This document shows positions 39,573 through 49,843 of a stretch of DNA of 64,000 bases, one piece after another. The DNA lies in contig OZ253553.1 in the NCBI GenBank assembly GCA_965262715.1, positions 1,824,001 to 1,888,000 of the forward strand, read 5' to 3'. Position numbers and translations under genes: made by a program. The stretch comes from Bdellovibrionales bacterium (GTDB lineage: Bacteria; Bdellovibrionota; Bdellovibrionia; Bdellovibrionales; JAUICD01). The first letter of the stretch is position 1; each line of letters begins with the position of its first letter. The notes beneath the pieces were generated by a model. That model was not told the DNA's origin. It did not search any database and was given only the letters and a program-made list of their open reading frames with translations.

Positions 39573-40389
39573 AAAAACAAAACCATCTTGAATCCTAATG
39601 TATGTGATATCTGTTACCCAAAGCTGATTTGGCCTATTCACTTCAATGCCAAAGGTTAAATTCGGATAAACTCGATTTGAATGTTTAGAATCTGTGGTTG
39701 AAACTCTAAAGCCCTTGTAAATCAAAGCCTTTAAACCGTATTTTCACATAATGCGAGCAATTCTCTTGCGGTTGGCTTTAATACTCTTCTCTTGCTCAAG
39801 TTCCAATTGAATACGACGTATTCCATACATCGGATATTTACACTGTATCCTCTCAATCTGCTCTTTCAAATCAAAATCCCTTTGCTCTCGCTTTTGCTGT
39901 GAAATCTTTCTCTTGTAATAGTAGCTGCTTAAAGCTAATCCTAACGCTTTACACGTTTTTGAAATTGATCCAAATTCTTGCCAGTGATTACCGACGATCT
40001 CACGCTTTTCCCCTGCTGAAGCTCCTTTTTGGCCTTTTTTAAAAACTCGTTCTCTAGGCTCAGATGTCCTACCTTTGCCTGAAGAGCATATACTTGTCTC
40101 TCTAGATATCTCTCCCTTGATGAAGGGTTTCCCAAAGGTGTCCCCTGTTGATACTTCTTAAACCACTCTAAGATTGTCTAGCAATGAAGTTGATGCTCCT
40201 TGCAAATCTCTAACAAAGATTTGCCTTCATTGATCGATTCACAAATAGCTTCCTTGAATTCAATATTAAATCGTCTTCTTACTTTGCCCATGATCTTCCT
40301 CCTTCTTCATAGCTTTTTATAGCTAAAATTCAGGAATCACAAGTGAGTTATTTTAGCACTTAACTCTCCAGTTTATGGGGTACAGACCA
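39573..40389 (-). mobile_element. truncated IS3-family element
   Basis: End TGGTCTGTACCCC at 40389. orfA from 40291 (MGKVRRRFNIEFK...LENEFLKKA) has an in-frame TAG at ~40178. orfB has YGIRRI, NRKRIARIM and PNQLWVTDITYI, then is cut right after the first catalytic Asp region. Confidence 0.88.
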
Positions 40390-40438
40390 TTTAAAGCTAA
40401 TAATTCTTCTAAAAGCTAAAAGGTTATTAAAATGTCCT

Positions 40439-40525
40439 TTAAAGGTTACTTTCAATTGGAACTTCTAAGACATTGAAAAGGCCAGATAGAAAGGAAGTGT
40501 TTTTATTATCATAAATTTTTGGCAT
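40439..40525 (-). pseudogene. stub duplicating the first ~16 codons of the PLD-helicase
   Basis: MPKIYDNKNTSFLSGL is identical to the start of 30893..34183, then diverges and stops. Confidence 0.8.
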
Positions 40526-40539
40526 GATCTTGAGCTTTT

Positions 40540-41202
40540 TTATTCATGTTTCATCGGATAGAAGTGTTCAAAAACTTTCTCATTAAATTTTCCATAAGTC
40601 AGTATTTCACTTCTTGGTATTATTAGCTCCATGTCAATAAAATCAGATTCTTCTTCATATGGAGGATAATTTGTATTCCAGACAACTTGTTTTGTGTCTT
40701 GTTCTCTATATCCACTTTTAATAGGTACAATAGATATAGTTTGAGATTCATGTCTTGATCTTGGATTCTCAGGATATTTCCATAGGACACCTATATAGGT
40801 TTTTCCATTTTTAAGAGTTAACAAAACAATCTCATTTTCCCACTTAATACATTTTTTATAAAAATTATCATATACTGATGGAAATATCCATTCAGAAATA
40901 AACTTTACTCGAACCAATAACAACCAGAGAACGGAAAAAACAATAGCACATAATAATATTAAGATTTGTTTTAATAAGTTTTCATCCAGACCATTTAACC
41001 AATGACATGCTTTGAACCAGTCATCAAAGGTCGATATGACAATTAATTTAGATGGGATCCAAGTTAAAGTAGCTATAACAACAATAAAAAATACATAGGG
41101 CCAGCCAGATAAACTAATGCTTTCTTGTGGTCTATATTTATTAAAGAAATGAATAAAAAGAACTCCAGGTACAACCCAAAGAATATTTTCTAAGTTTAAC
41201 AT
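40540..41202 (-). CDS. DUF6338-like membrane protein, intact paralog
   Basis: About three N-terminal TM segments; cytosolic-type domain IVLLTLKNGKTYIG...IVPIKSGYR...TNY...IIPRSEI. Confidence 0.8.
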   Translation of the reverse strand: MLNLENILWVVPGVLFIHFFNKYRPQESISLSGWPYVFFIVVIATLTWIPSKLIVISTFDDWFKACHWLNGLDENLLKQILILLCAIVFSVLWLLLVRVKFISEWIFPSVYDNFYKKCIKWENEIVLLTLKNGKTYIGVLWKYPENPRSRHESQTISIVPIKSGYREQDTKQVVWNTNYPPYEEESDFIDMELIIPRSEILTYGKFNEKVFEHFYPMKHE

Positions 41203-41208
41203 ATTTAA

Positions 41209-41379
41209 TTAAGATTTAGATTTATTTTGAGTTGTTTTAACAATTTTTTGTACTCTTTTTATTTTTTTCTGAAGTTCTTTATTTTCTAGAAGTTCTTTAG
41301 CAGTGGTCCATGGCTCTGCCACTGTCCCTTTTTTCCAAAAATACCAGATATTATCCTTTTTCTTTTCTGAATTTGCCAT
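41209..41379 (-). CDS. 56-aa KGTVxEPW-family peptide
   Basis: MANSEKKKDNIWYFWKKGTVAEPWTTAKELLENKELQKKIKRVQKIV; GAGGAG RBS before ATG 41379. Confidence 0.8.
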   Translation of the reverse strand: MANSEKKKDNIWYFWKKGTVAEPWTTAKELLENKELQKKIKRVQKIVKTTQNKSKS

Positions 41380-41385
41380 GATTTC

Positions 41386-41487
41386 TCCTCTCATTTTGTG
41401 ACAATTTTGGATTGTTAACAATATTCTGTACTTTTTTTATTTCCTCTTGAAGTTCTTGATTTTCAAAAAGTTCTTTAGCGGTAGGCT
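41386..41487 (-). pseudogene. 3' remnant of a fourth KGTVxEPW-family peptide
   Basis: Encodes PTAKELFENQELQEEIKKVQNIVNNPKLSQN, near-identical to the C-terminus of 35007..35210; 5' part missing next to the tRNA. Confidence 0.75.
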
Positions 41488-41510
41488 ATAGCGATGAATT
41501 ATATCTAAAA

Positions 41511-41587
41511 TGGTAGGCCCACGAGGATTCGAACCTCGGATCCTCCGGTTATGAGCCGGATGCTTTAACCAACTAAGCTATAGGCCT
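41511..41587 (-). tRNA. tRNA with CAT anticodon, most likely tRNA-Ile2 (lysidine)
   Basis: AGGCCTATAGCTTAGTTGGTTAAAGCATCCGGCT-CAT-AACCGGAGGATCCGAGGTTCGAATCCTCGTGGGCCTACCA; position after rpoD matches the dnaG-rpoD-ileX arrangement. Confidence 0.93.
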
Positions 41588-41599
41588 AATTCTTAGCAA

Positions 41600-43603
41600 T
41601 TAAACATTATTGTTATTATTGTTGCTCTCTAAGGATTCTAAAAAATAGCTTAACTCCTTGAAACGAGAAGGATGACGTAATTTTCTCAAAGCCTTGGATT
41701 CTATTTGACGGATCCTCTCTCTCGTCACATTAAAATCCTGCCCAACCTCTTCTAGAGTATGGTCATTTTCTTCTCCAATTCCAAATCGCATACGTAGTAC
41801 TTTTTCTTCCCTCTCTGTTAACGTTACAAGAACCTTACGTATCTGCTTAGCTAAATGTATACTTGATACAGCGTCAGAAGGATTGATCACTTTCTTATCT
41901 TCAATAAAGTCTCCAAGATGAGAGTCCTCCTCCTCTCCTACAGGGATCTCAAGGCTAATAGGCTCTTTTGCAACTTTTAAAACCTTCCTAACTTTATCTA
42001 CTGGCATATCCATCTTCTCTGCTATCTCTTCTGGTAATGGTTCTCGGCCTAACTCTTGAATTAAAGCCCTAGATGTCCGAATCAACTTATTAATAGTTTC
42101 AATCATGTGTACAGGTATCCGGATTGTACGCGCTTGATCTGCAATAGCGCGTGTAATAGCTTGCCTGATCCACCAAGTAGCATAAGTGGAAAACTTATAC
42201 CCTCTTCTGTATTCAAACTTTTCAACAGCCTTCATCAATCCAATATTTCCCTCTTGAATAAGGTCTAAAAATTGCAAGCCTCTATTGGTGTACCTTTTAG
42301 CAATAGAAACAACAAGTCTTAAATTTGCCTCTACAAGCTCAGATTTAGCTTCATCTGCTGCCTTCTCGCCTTTCCAAATAGATAGATAAGTATCATTCAG
42401 CCAATCGTAATTCATTTGAGTTTCTCTGATTAAACGTTCTAGCCTATTATGAGCATCTATAGCCTGACGAAAAGATACTTTATATGCTTCAGGAGAAATA
42501 CCACCAGCACTAACAAGTAATTTGCCATTATTTTTCTTGTTAGAAAAATATTGAGCTTGCTCAACAAGATGTTCAAAACTATTTGAACGTGTAAATTCTA
42601 TAGCTCGTTTTTTACGTAACCGCAACTGAGACATACGATACACAAGGTTCTTAAATTTGATAACAATACGATTAATTATTTTTCGATTGAAATTAACCTC
42701 TTCAAATTGCTTCGTTAGTTCTTCATTTAATTTAGCTAGATTTTTTTGTGAAGCCTCTCTTTTAGCTATATCTCCATATTCATCTTTCAATGTTTTAAAG
42801 GAAATAGCAGCCTTCTTTCTATAGTTTTCTACAAAACCAATGAGTTGATGGATTTTTTTAATGTGATCTTGTTCATCATATTGTGTATCTTCGTCCTCAA
42901 GCCCTCTAAAAATAGACTTAACCTTAATACGACCTTCATTAAGTCTTTGATCTAATTGAATGAGCTCTGATGTACCAATAGGAGAGAGTAACATAGCGTA
43001 TACAATTCGTCTTTCTCCTTTTTCAATCCTTTGTGCAATTTTAACCTCTCCTTCTCGAGTGAGGAGAGAAACCCCTCCCATCTTTCGCAAATACATACGA
43101 ACAGGGTCATTAACCTTCACATCTTCTATAACATCATCAAGATGATCATCTTCATCTTTTCCAGAACCTAATTCAAACTCATTGGTAGTTGTTAACTTGA
43201 TTTTTTCATTTTCACTGCTAATAATTTTAATCCCTTTTTTTGCAAGAGTGAGCATTAAGGAATCTAAAAGAATAGGAGATTGAATCTCTGAAGAAAGAGT
43301 TTCATCAATTTCGTCAACTGTTAAATATTGCCTATTTTCTAAATGCTTTAGCAGTGTAGGCATCTCTTCATTAAACAGTTCTTTTTGTTGATGGAAAGAA
43401 AACTTTTTAATACCCTTGGAATTTAGTTTTGTGTGTGTGAAATGAGATTTTGATTGAACATTAACTTGAGAACTTTGTTGATCTTTTAACCCTTGACTTG
43501 CTTTTTGCTTTAACTTCATTTTATTTTGATTTTTTTGACCTTCGTGATCAGAAGATAAACTCTGGCCTGTTTTTTGATTGCTGTGATCTGATACTTTTTT
43601 CAT
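41600..43603 (-). CDS. rpoD: RNA polymerase primary sigma factor RpoD
   Basis: [46 protein letters not shown] and TRERIRQIE motifs. Confidence 0.98.
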   Translation of the reverse strand: MKKVSDHSNQKTGQSLSSDHEGQKNQNKMKLKQKASQGLKDQQSSQVNVQSKSHFTHTKLNSKGIKKFSFHQQKELFNEEMPTLLKHLENRQYLTVDEIDETLSSEIQSPILLDSLMLTLAKKGIKIISSENEKIKLTTTNEFELGSGKDEDDHLDDVIEDVKVNDPVRMYLRKMGGVSLLTREGEVKIAQRIEKGERRIVYAMLLSPIGTSELIQLDQRLNEGRIKVKSIFRGLEDEDTQYDEQDHIKKIHQLIGFVENYRKKAAISFKTLKDEYGDIAKREASQKNLAKLNEELTKQFEEVNFNRKIINRIVIKFKNLVYRMSQLRLRKKRAIEFTRSNSFEHLVEQAQYFSNKKNNGKLLVSAGGISPEAYKVSFRQAIDAHNRLERLIRETQMNYDWLNDTYLSIWKGEKAADEAKSELVEANLRLVVSIAKRYTNRGLQFLDLIQEGNIGLMKAVEKFEYRRGYKFSTYATWWIRQAITRAIADQARTIRIPVHMIETINKLIRTSRALIQELGREPLPEEIAEKMDMPVDKVRKVLKVAKEPISLEIPVGEEEDSHLGDFIEDKKVINPSDAVSSIHLAKQIRKVLVTLTEREEKVLRMRFGIGEENDHTLEEVGQDFNVTRERIRQIESKALRKLRHPSRFKELSYFLESLESNNNNNNV

Positions 43604-43870
43604 TCTTAAAACCTCTTCACTTTATTTATTTATATTCGGCTTAAACATCATATTCTTTTACTGTTTCAATCATTAAATTAATACAATATTTTTATGCCAA
43701 ATGAAACCCTCTTATTTACAGTAAAACTCATGATTTATATCATGAGCAGCTTATTTTTACACTTGGTCTCTTAGGTGCTTTTATGATTCAACCACCTAAA
43801 CTTCCATAAGTTATCATACTTTTAACATAAATCCTTCACCATTCATATTATTTCAACCAATTTAAAGGAT

Positions 43871-45766
43871 CTATTTTTGACTCCTTGCTAACTCTAAGCG
43901 GTGCTTCCTTTTTTGAATCTCCATAAAATGTTTCAAGTCACTTACATTTACATTGCTACTAACACGATCAATAGCTGTCCTTGCTTGTTCTTTCAAAAAG
44001 TGTTCCTTTATTCGGATTATGCCATCTTCAAATAGCTGGTCAATTTGAGATAAGTCTTTCTCATTTCCAATAAACACAATAGATTCAATAAGTTGTACAT
44101 CTAGGCTTTGGATTTCTAAAGGCGATAATTTGTCATTTTGTACCAGCAAATCTGTTATTAGAGTATCTGGTTTTATTGCTTCTTGTCTACTAAGACCTTG
44201 TATTTTTTTCAAAAACCCTATAATTTTTTCAGAGGAAAACATGTCTAATACATGCTCTGTTTCTAATATTTTCAGATATTGTGGGTAATTTGCTATAATA
44301 GCTGCAACAATGAGTTCTGCTTTTGAAGTGGGTTTTTCTATTTGTTTCTTGAAAACCTGTTCCCTCTGCATTTGCCAGTTGTTCTTTTTTTCTCCTTTCA
44401 AATTATCCGCAAATCCCCTTAGAGACCTTTTTTGAGGTAAAAGATACTGGCGAATATGCTCCGGAGTAAGCCTTAAATGCTCTGCAAGACTTTGAATATA
44501 CAAGGATTTTAACCTTCTATCCTGTGCTGGTGTGATAAAAATGCCCATATTATCTAAGACCTGCAGTTTCATAGAGGGGCTAAGCATTTGCCCTTTAGTG
44601 TACCGTCTTAAGATATTTTCAAATAAATCTGAGGCTTTCAGTAGTTTTTCTTGAAATTTTGCTTTTCCCCATTGTTTGACCACACTGTCAGGGTCTTGTC
44701 CCTCTGGCAACTCCACAGAGCGAGGATAAAGACCTGCCTTGAGAACAATAGGCAGAGTTTTCTCTGAGGCTTTTTGCCCTGCTGCATCTGAGTCAAAGAG
44801 CAAAATAATATTTTTTGTGTATTTTTTCAGTAAGTTGGCATGATCTATTGTTAAAGCTGTTCCTAAAACGCCTACCGTATTTTTAAATCCATTTTGATGT
44901 AACGTGATCACATCCATATAGCCTTCTACTATAATGACTTGATCTAAAGAGCGTATATGAGTGGCAGCCATCTTGAGACCATAAAGAACTTGGCTTTTAT
45001 GAAAAATTGGAGAATTTGAACTATTGATGTATTTACCTTCTCTATCTGACTTAACAAGGCATCTTCCTCCAAAGCCTACTACTTCCTCTTTGACCGTCAC
45101 AATAGGAAACATAATCCGATCCCTATAGACATCATAATAATTCTTCATCTTAAAGGAATGGTTTTGAGCTGAGGAAGTTTGTTGCCTGATAAGTCCCAGC
45201 TGGCACGCTATGTTCCTTTCTTTAAGTAATTTTTGCGACAAAAAAGACCAATTATCAGGGGCATATCCCAATTCAAAATCTTGAATAGTTTTTTGGGTTA
45301 ACCCTCTTTTTTCTAAATAAACTCTGACTGGATGATCTTTTTTACATGTTTCCAAAACATTTTTGAAAATATTTTTGGCTGCTAAGTTGACTTTAAAGAA
45401 GGATGTCTTTTTTTGAGAAGATGCGGAACTTGAATAACTTAAGTGCTTATCTGTTCCGTCATAAGCAGGTGGATTTAAGCCTGCTTTTCGAGCAAAATAC
45501 TCTAAAGACTCCTTAAAAGAATGCCCCATCACCTCCTGGGCAAAAGTGAAAATATCACCTCCTTTGTGGCAACCAAAGCAATAATAAAATTGCATAGAAC
45601 TGTTAACATTAAAACTAGGAGTCTTTTCTATATGGCCAGGTAAAGGGCACAAACCTTTTAAATTCTTACCATTTGCCTTTAACTGGGTGAATTGAGAGAT
45701 AACATCAACAATATCTGTCGCCTGCCGAACCTGCTCCTTAAAATCACTAAATAGTGCATTAGACAA
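43871..45766 (-). CDS. dnaG: DNA primase
   Basis: CHC2-like Zn finger CPLPGH...CFGC, RIMFPI, GFGGR, KYINS, VEGYMD and FDSDAAG motifs. Confidence 0.97.
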   Translation of the reverse strand: MSNALFSDFKEQVRQATDIVDVISQFTQLKANGKNLKGLCPLPGHIEKTPSFNVNSSMQFYYCFGCHKGGDIFTFAQEVMGHSFKESLEYFARKAGLNPPAYDGTDKHLSYSSSASSQKKTSFFKVNLAAKNIFKNVLETCKKDHPVRVYLEKRGLTQKTIQDFELGYAPDNWSFLSQKLLKERNIACQLGLIRQQTSSAQNHSFKMKNYYDVYRDRIMFPIVTVKEEVVGFGGRCLVKSDREGKYINSSNSPIFHKSQVLYGLKMAATHIRSLDQVIIVEGYMDVITLHQNGFKNTVGVLGTALTIDHANLLKKYTKNIILLFDSDAAGQKASEKTLPIVLKAGLYPRSVELPEGQDPDSVVKQWGKAKFQEKLLKASDLFENILRRYTKGQMLSPSMKLQVLDNMGIFITPAQDRRLKSLYIQSLAEHLRLTPEHIRQYLLPQKRSLRGFADNLKGEKKNNWQMQREQVFKKQIEKPTSKAELIVAAIIANYPQYLKILETEHVLDMFSSEKIIGFLKKIQGLSRQEAIKPDTLITDLLVQNDKLSPLEIQSLDVQLIESIVFIGNEKDLSQIDQLFEDGIIRIKEHFLKEQARTAIDRVSSNVNVSDLKHFMEIQKRKHRLELARSQK

Positions 45767-46075
45767 ACTTTACTCCTATTTTATATCTTTATCTTTAGCT
45801 CATATTTAGAGCCTAATAGCCATATCTTGCATATTATTGCTGTAACTACAACTTTTTTACGCCTTCTTACATGTTTTAAAGCCAAAACCAAGCTTGACAT
45901 TAGGCTTTTTGAGTATATATTTAATATGATACTAACTGGTTCATAACTCCAATATACAAGCCGATTATTACTAATAAACACATGAATACTATGTTAAAAT
46001 AAGTTAAGTAAGTATTATAATGAGTATTTAGCAATTATCCAGCTATAATACACAGTAAAAATAAGAGGAGGAGCA

Positions 46076-47002
46076 ATGGCTATATTTAAACGTATTTCAG
46101 TATTTTTAATGGTCAATTTTCTTGTCATTCTTTCTTTATCAGCGATTTATCTGATAATATCCATGTTTTTACCTGTAGGGTTTTTCTCAGAAGATATTGG
46201 AATGGGCATTCCTCCTGCTTTGATTGTATTTTGCTTAGTGTTTGGCTTTGGAGGTGCTTTTATTTCCTTATGGATGTCAAAGTTTTTAGCTAAAAAGTTA
46301 TGGCGTGTTAAAATCATTGATGAAACCTCTCCTCAACACGGATGGATTGTTAACACCACTCATAGACTAGCAAGAAAGGCTGGCTTAAAAAAAATGCCAG
46401 AGGTTGGATATTATGAAAGCCCTGAGGTAAATGCTTTTGCAACTGGCCCTAGTAAAAACAACTCTTTAGTTGCTGTCTCTGCAGGGCTTTTACACCACAT
46501 GAACAAGGATGAGGTAGAAGGTGTTCTAGGACATGAGGTAGCTCATATCGCTAATGGTGATATGGTCACAATGGCTCTTGTTCAAGGCATTGTAAACTCT
46601 GTTGTTATTTTAGCTGCTCATATTATAACTAATATCATTGAAAATTTCTTTAGAGATGAAGAAAGTGGGCATGGTGGACTTGGTTTTTTTGCTAGGTTTT
46701 TTATCTATCAAGCAGTATATAGTCTTCTTGCTTTTGCTGCTATGCCTGTAGTTGCTTTTGTCTCCCGCATGCGAGAATACCGTGCAGATGCTGGAGGAGC
46801 TACCCTTGCAGGTAGAGAAAAAATGCTTGCTGGTATCAAAGCTTTAAAAAATTGTCTAATAGATACACAACATGAGTCTTTCGCAACTTTAAAGATATCT
46901 AATAAACCTAAAGCATCTTTATTGCGTTTTTGGAGCACACATCCACCTCTTGATGATCGTATAGCACGTTTAGAAAGAGGGGCTTACCGTAATACTTTGT
47001 AG
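46076..47002 (+). CDS. htpX: membrane zinc protease HtpX
   Basis: NAFATG, HEVAHIANGDMVT, SRMREYRAD and STHPPL motifs. Confidence 0.96.
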   Translation: MAIFKRISVFLMVNFLVILSLSAIYLIISMFLPVGFFSEDIGMGIPPALIVFCLVFGFGGAFISLWMSKFLAKKLWRVKIIDETSPQHGWIVNTTHRLARKAGLKKMPEVGYYESPEVNAFATGPSKNNSLVAVSAGLLHHMNKDEVEGVLGHEVAHIANGDMVTMALVQGIVNSVVILAAHIITNIIENFFRDEESGHGGLGFFARFFIYQAVYSLLAFAAMPVVAFVSRMREYRADAGGATLAGREKMLAGIKALKNCLIDTQHESFATLKISNKPKASLLRFWSTHPPLDDRIARLERGAYRNTL

Positions 47003-47062
47003 ATCTTTTTTACTTAAACTTAAGCCAAAATAAAAAAAATAGATGATATCTATTTCTAAGAA

Positions 47063-47151
47063 TGGTGCCCAAGGCCAGACTCGAACTGGCACGACCGTTT
47101 AAAGTCCCAGGATTTTAAGTCCTGTGTGTCTACCAATTTCACCACTCGGGC
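47063..47151 (-). tRNA. tRNA-Leu(TAA)
   Basis: GCCCGAGTGGTGAAATTGGTAGACACACAGGACT-TAA-AATCCTG, long variable arm, GTTCGAGTC...GGGCACCA. Confidence 0.95.
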
Positions 47152-47588
47152 TTCACACAATAATCATTATTATATAGATAGTCATAAGAATAAATCAACA
47201 CGTTTAAAACTATTAGAAAAAGGTTCATGACACTTTAAGCTCTTTTTGTTCCAGAACTTAGGCAATCTGAAAAACCGGTAAATTGTACCTGGAATTATAA
47301 GATATGGCATCGGTATTTGAACTTTCGCATCTAACTTGATTCCACTCAAAAATAAATCAATGATGTAAATTTTACACACTTTATATGCATTTATGATTGC
47401 TATTTGTCCAAATAATTCGATATTCACCTTTAATTTCTATACAATTAGAAAATACGCATTCCATATATTTTTATTACAAGTGCATCAAAATTCACACCTT
47501 TCCATACAACATTTATATTGATTTGAGTTTAACTTAATGGTAAATGATAGAACTTCATTATTTTAAAAGCTCTTATAAGAAGGAATAA

Positions 47589-48587
47589 ATGGATACATTC
47601 AACTTAAAACTACATTTAATCTACAAAGCAAAAAGTGTTTTTATATTTTTTATCTTACTTTTACTGACTACAAATATAGCTTTTGGAAAAAACTTACTCA
47701 CAGCAGTTGCTGAAAACGATTTAAATAAAGTTGTTGAATTACTAGAAAATGGAGCTAATCCCAATATAGTTTTCAAAGGAAATAGCAATGTATATTTTAC
47801 AAGTACAGTAGAAGGTGTAAGTTTAGATCATCGTTTTATAAAACATGGAGCCACACCGCTACATATTGCTATTCATGACTCTGGAGGAAATGGGCAGGAA
47901 GAAGGCTCAGTTCCATTAGAGATTCTTGACATTTTATTGAATAAAGGAGCTAACCCTCATCACTTCCCTATGCCTTATATAAAAGACTGGGACAGTCCAC
48001 TGCGAATGGCTATTGACTTAAAAAGACTAGAGGCCACTAAAGCCTTATTGAAAGCAGGAGCTCTTCCTCATCACTTACTTAGAGCTACTCAAATAAGCAG
48101 TTTAGAAATAGTTAAAACTTTATTGGAAGCTGGAGCTAACTCTGAAAATTCTCATTTATCTGCAGCCATTCAAAGAAACCATTTAGGAATAGTTAAGGTT
48201 TTATTGAAAGCAAAAGCTCCTCCTAATAACTCTAACTTATCCGAAGCTGTTCAAAACAATAGCTTTGGAATAGTTAAAACTCTATTAGATGCTGGAGTTG
48301 ATCCTAACTTTAGCCCTGAACCACTATTAATATTAGCCATTCAACATCGAAGTTTAAGGATGGTCACAGCCTTATTAGATGCTGGAATTGATGTGAATCA
48401 AAAAGATGAACAAGGCAGAACAGCGTTAAAGGTGATTGTTGAATATAAGTTGACTACTTATAGTTATGAATTTCATAATACTTATTATCATAATGATCTC
48501 AATAGAATAAAAACTATTGTAGAAAAAGCAGAAGACAAAGCTTGCGCGCAATCTCTTTTAATAACTCACCTTACGCAACCTTTATAA
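47589..48587 (+). CDS. secreted ankyrin-repeat protein
   Basis: Signal-like N-terminus; GATPLHIA, DSPLRMA and repeated LEIVKTLLEAGA units. Confidence 0.9.
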   Translation: MDTFNLKLHLIYKAKSVFIFFILLLLTTNIAFGKNLLTAVAENDLNKVVELLENGANPNIVFKGNSNVYFTSTVEGVSLDHRFIKHGATPLHIAIHDSGGNGQEEGSVPLEILDILLNKGANPHHFPMPYIKDWDSPLRMAIDLKRLEATKALLKAGALPHHLLRATQISSLEIVKTLLEAGANSENSHLSAAIQRNHLGIVKVLLKAKAPPNNSNLSEAVQNNSFGIVKTLLDAGVDPNFSPEPLLILAIQHRSLRMVTALLDAGIDVNQKDEQGRTALKVIVEYKLTTYSYEFHNTYYHNDLNRIKTIVEKAEDKACAQSLLITHLTQPL

Positions 48588-48875
48588 TTTTAAGAGGCTT
48601 GTTGTTTACTAATTTATTTAAGTTACATCACTGTTTAATATCATTTCTGGGCTCCGGGAATCTATCAGTCTGGCAATCCGGCAATCTGTATCAGGCAATT
48701 GGTATCCGTTTCGAATTTTTGCATCTTAAAAATTTACATGAATCCATGAAAAAAATATTCCTACTTGCAATTTTATTTTTTTTTCGATTATTTTAACGCA
48801 GGTTTAAGACAACTTGAAGCCAGTGGGTTTTGAATGTATAACATGACAGAGTATAAAAACATATTAGGAGTTATT

Positions 48876-49496
48876 ATGAAACAACTTACAAAAATGATAT
48901 GTGGATTGAGCTTTTCTGGCTTATTTTTAATGATATTTGTTGGAACACATCAGATAGTGTTTGCTCAAGCATCCACTATCAATACCAATGAAAGAGTTAT
49001 TGAGATATGTGATAGGACGCTTGCCGTTCAAAAAGAGATCCTTCGACAAGTCAATGATGGAACATTTGCGCCTGATAAACCTTGCAATGAGGTCACAGAT
49101 CAAGATTTCCAAAAGGTGACTGAAATGTATCTACGGAATAAGTTAGAAGAAATACAACCACAGGATTTTGAGAGATTAACGGCCCTAGAGATTGTTGACA
49201 TTTCAAACAATGAGTTAAGAACATTGCCAGATGGGTTTCTTTTAAATGCTCCTGCTTTAACACGATTTGATGCTTCCCATAATGCTCTAGAGGCATTTCC
49301 TAATGGCTTTCTTGAAAATTCTTCTGCTTTAGAGTGGTTTTCTGCTACCAAGAATGCTTTAGAAGCATTTCCTGACGACTTTCTTTTAAATGCTCCTGAT
49401 TTAGTGTGGTTTTATATTGGAGAAAATCCGGTAAGAACAAAAACTACTTTGCAAGAAGAGTATCCTGATTTATATGAGCGATTTTTCATTAGGTAA
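48876..49496 (+). CDS. secreted leucine-rich-repeat protein
   Basis: AGGAG RBS before MKQLTK at 48876; signal peptide; ICDRT...C.EVT cap; 24-aa LRRs (S.N.LE.FP.GFL). Confidence 0.88.
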   Translation: MKQLTKMICGLSFSGLFLMIFVGTHQIVFAQASTINTNERVIEICDRTLAVQKEILRQVNDGTFAPDKPCNEVTDQDFQKVTEMYLRNKLEEIQPQDFERLTALEIVDISNNELRTLPDGFLLNAPALTRFDASHNALEAFPNGFLENSSALEWFSATKNALEAFPDDFLLNAPDLVWFYIGENPVRTKTTLQEEYPDLYERFFIR

Positions 49497-49843
49497 GCCA
49501 ATATCCTTTAAGGTAATGGCTATCTACCAATAAAATATTTTTTGCTTACCATTTTATTTCTTTTCGATTACTTTAAAGAAAGTGCATGCTATCAACTTAA
49601 AGTCAGGAGAGATATAAATGAAAAATACACCATTTCTAACTTTACTACTTTTATTTCACCTCAACATTGCCTTAGCGGCAGGACAACAAAATCAGCAACG
49701 AGACTCACAGGTTGTAGAATCTAACCCAGCCAGTTCAAATAGGGAGTCTCGTATGATTCAAAATAGGGCTTTATTTGATACCAGTCTTGATTCTCAGATG
49801 ATCACAGCAGATGAAACAACAAAAACATCAAAGGCTTATCGCT

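Noticed and set aside
45781..45981. rpsU expected upstream of dnaG
   Set aside because: The 66-aa ORF has no S21-like sequence; treated as spurious.
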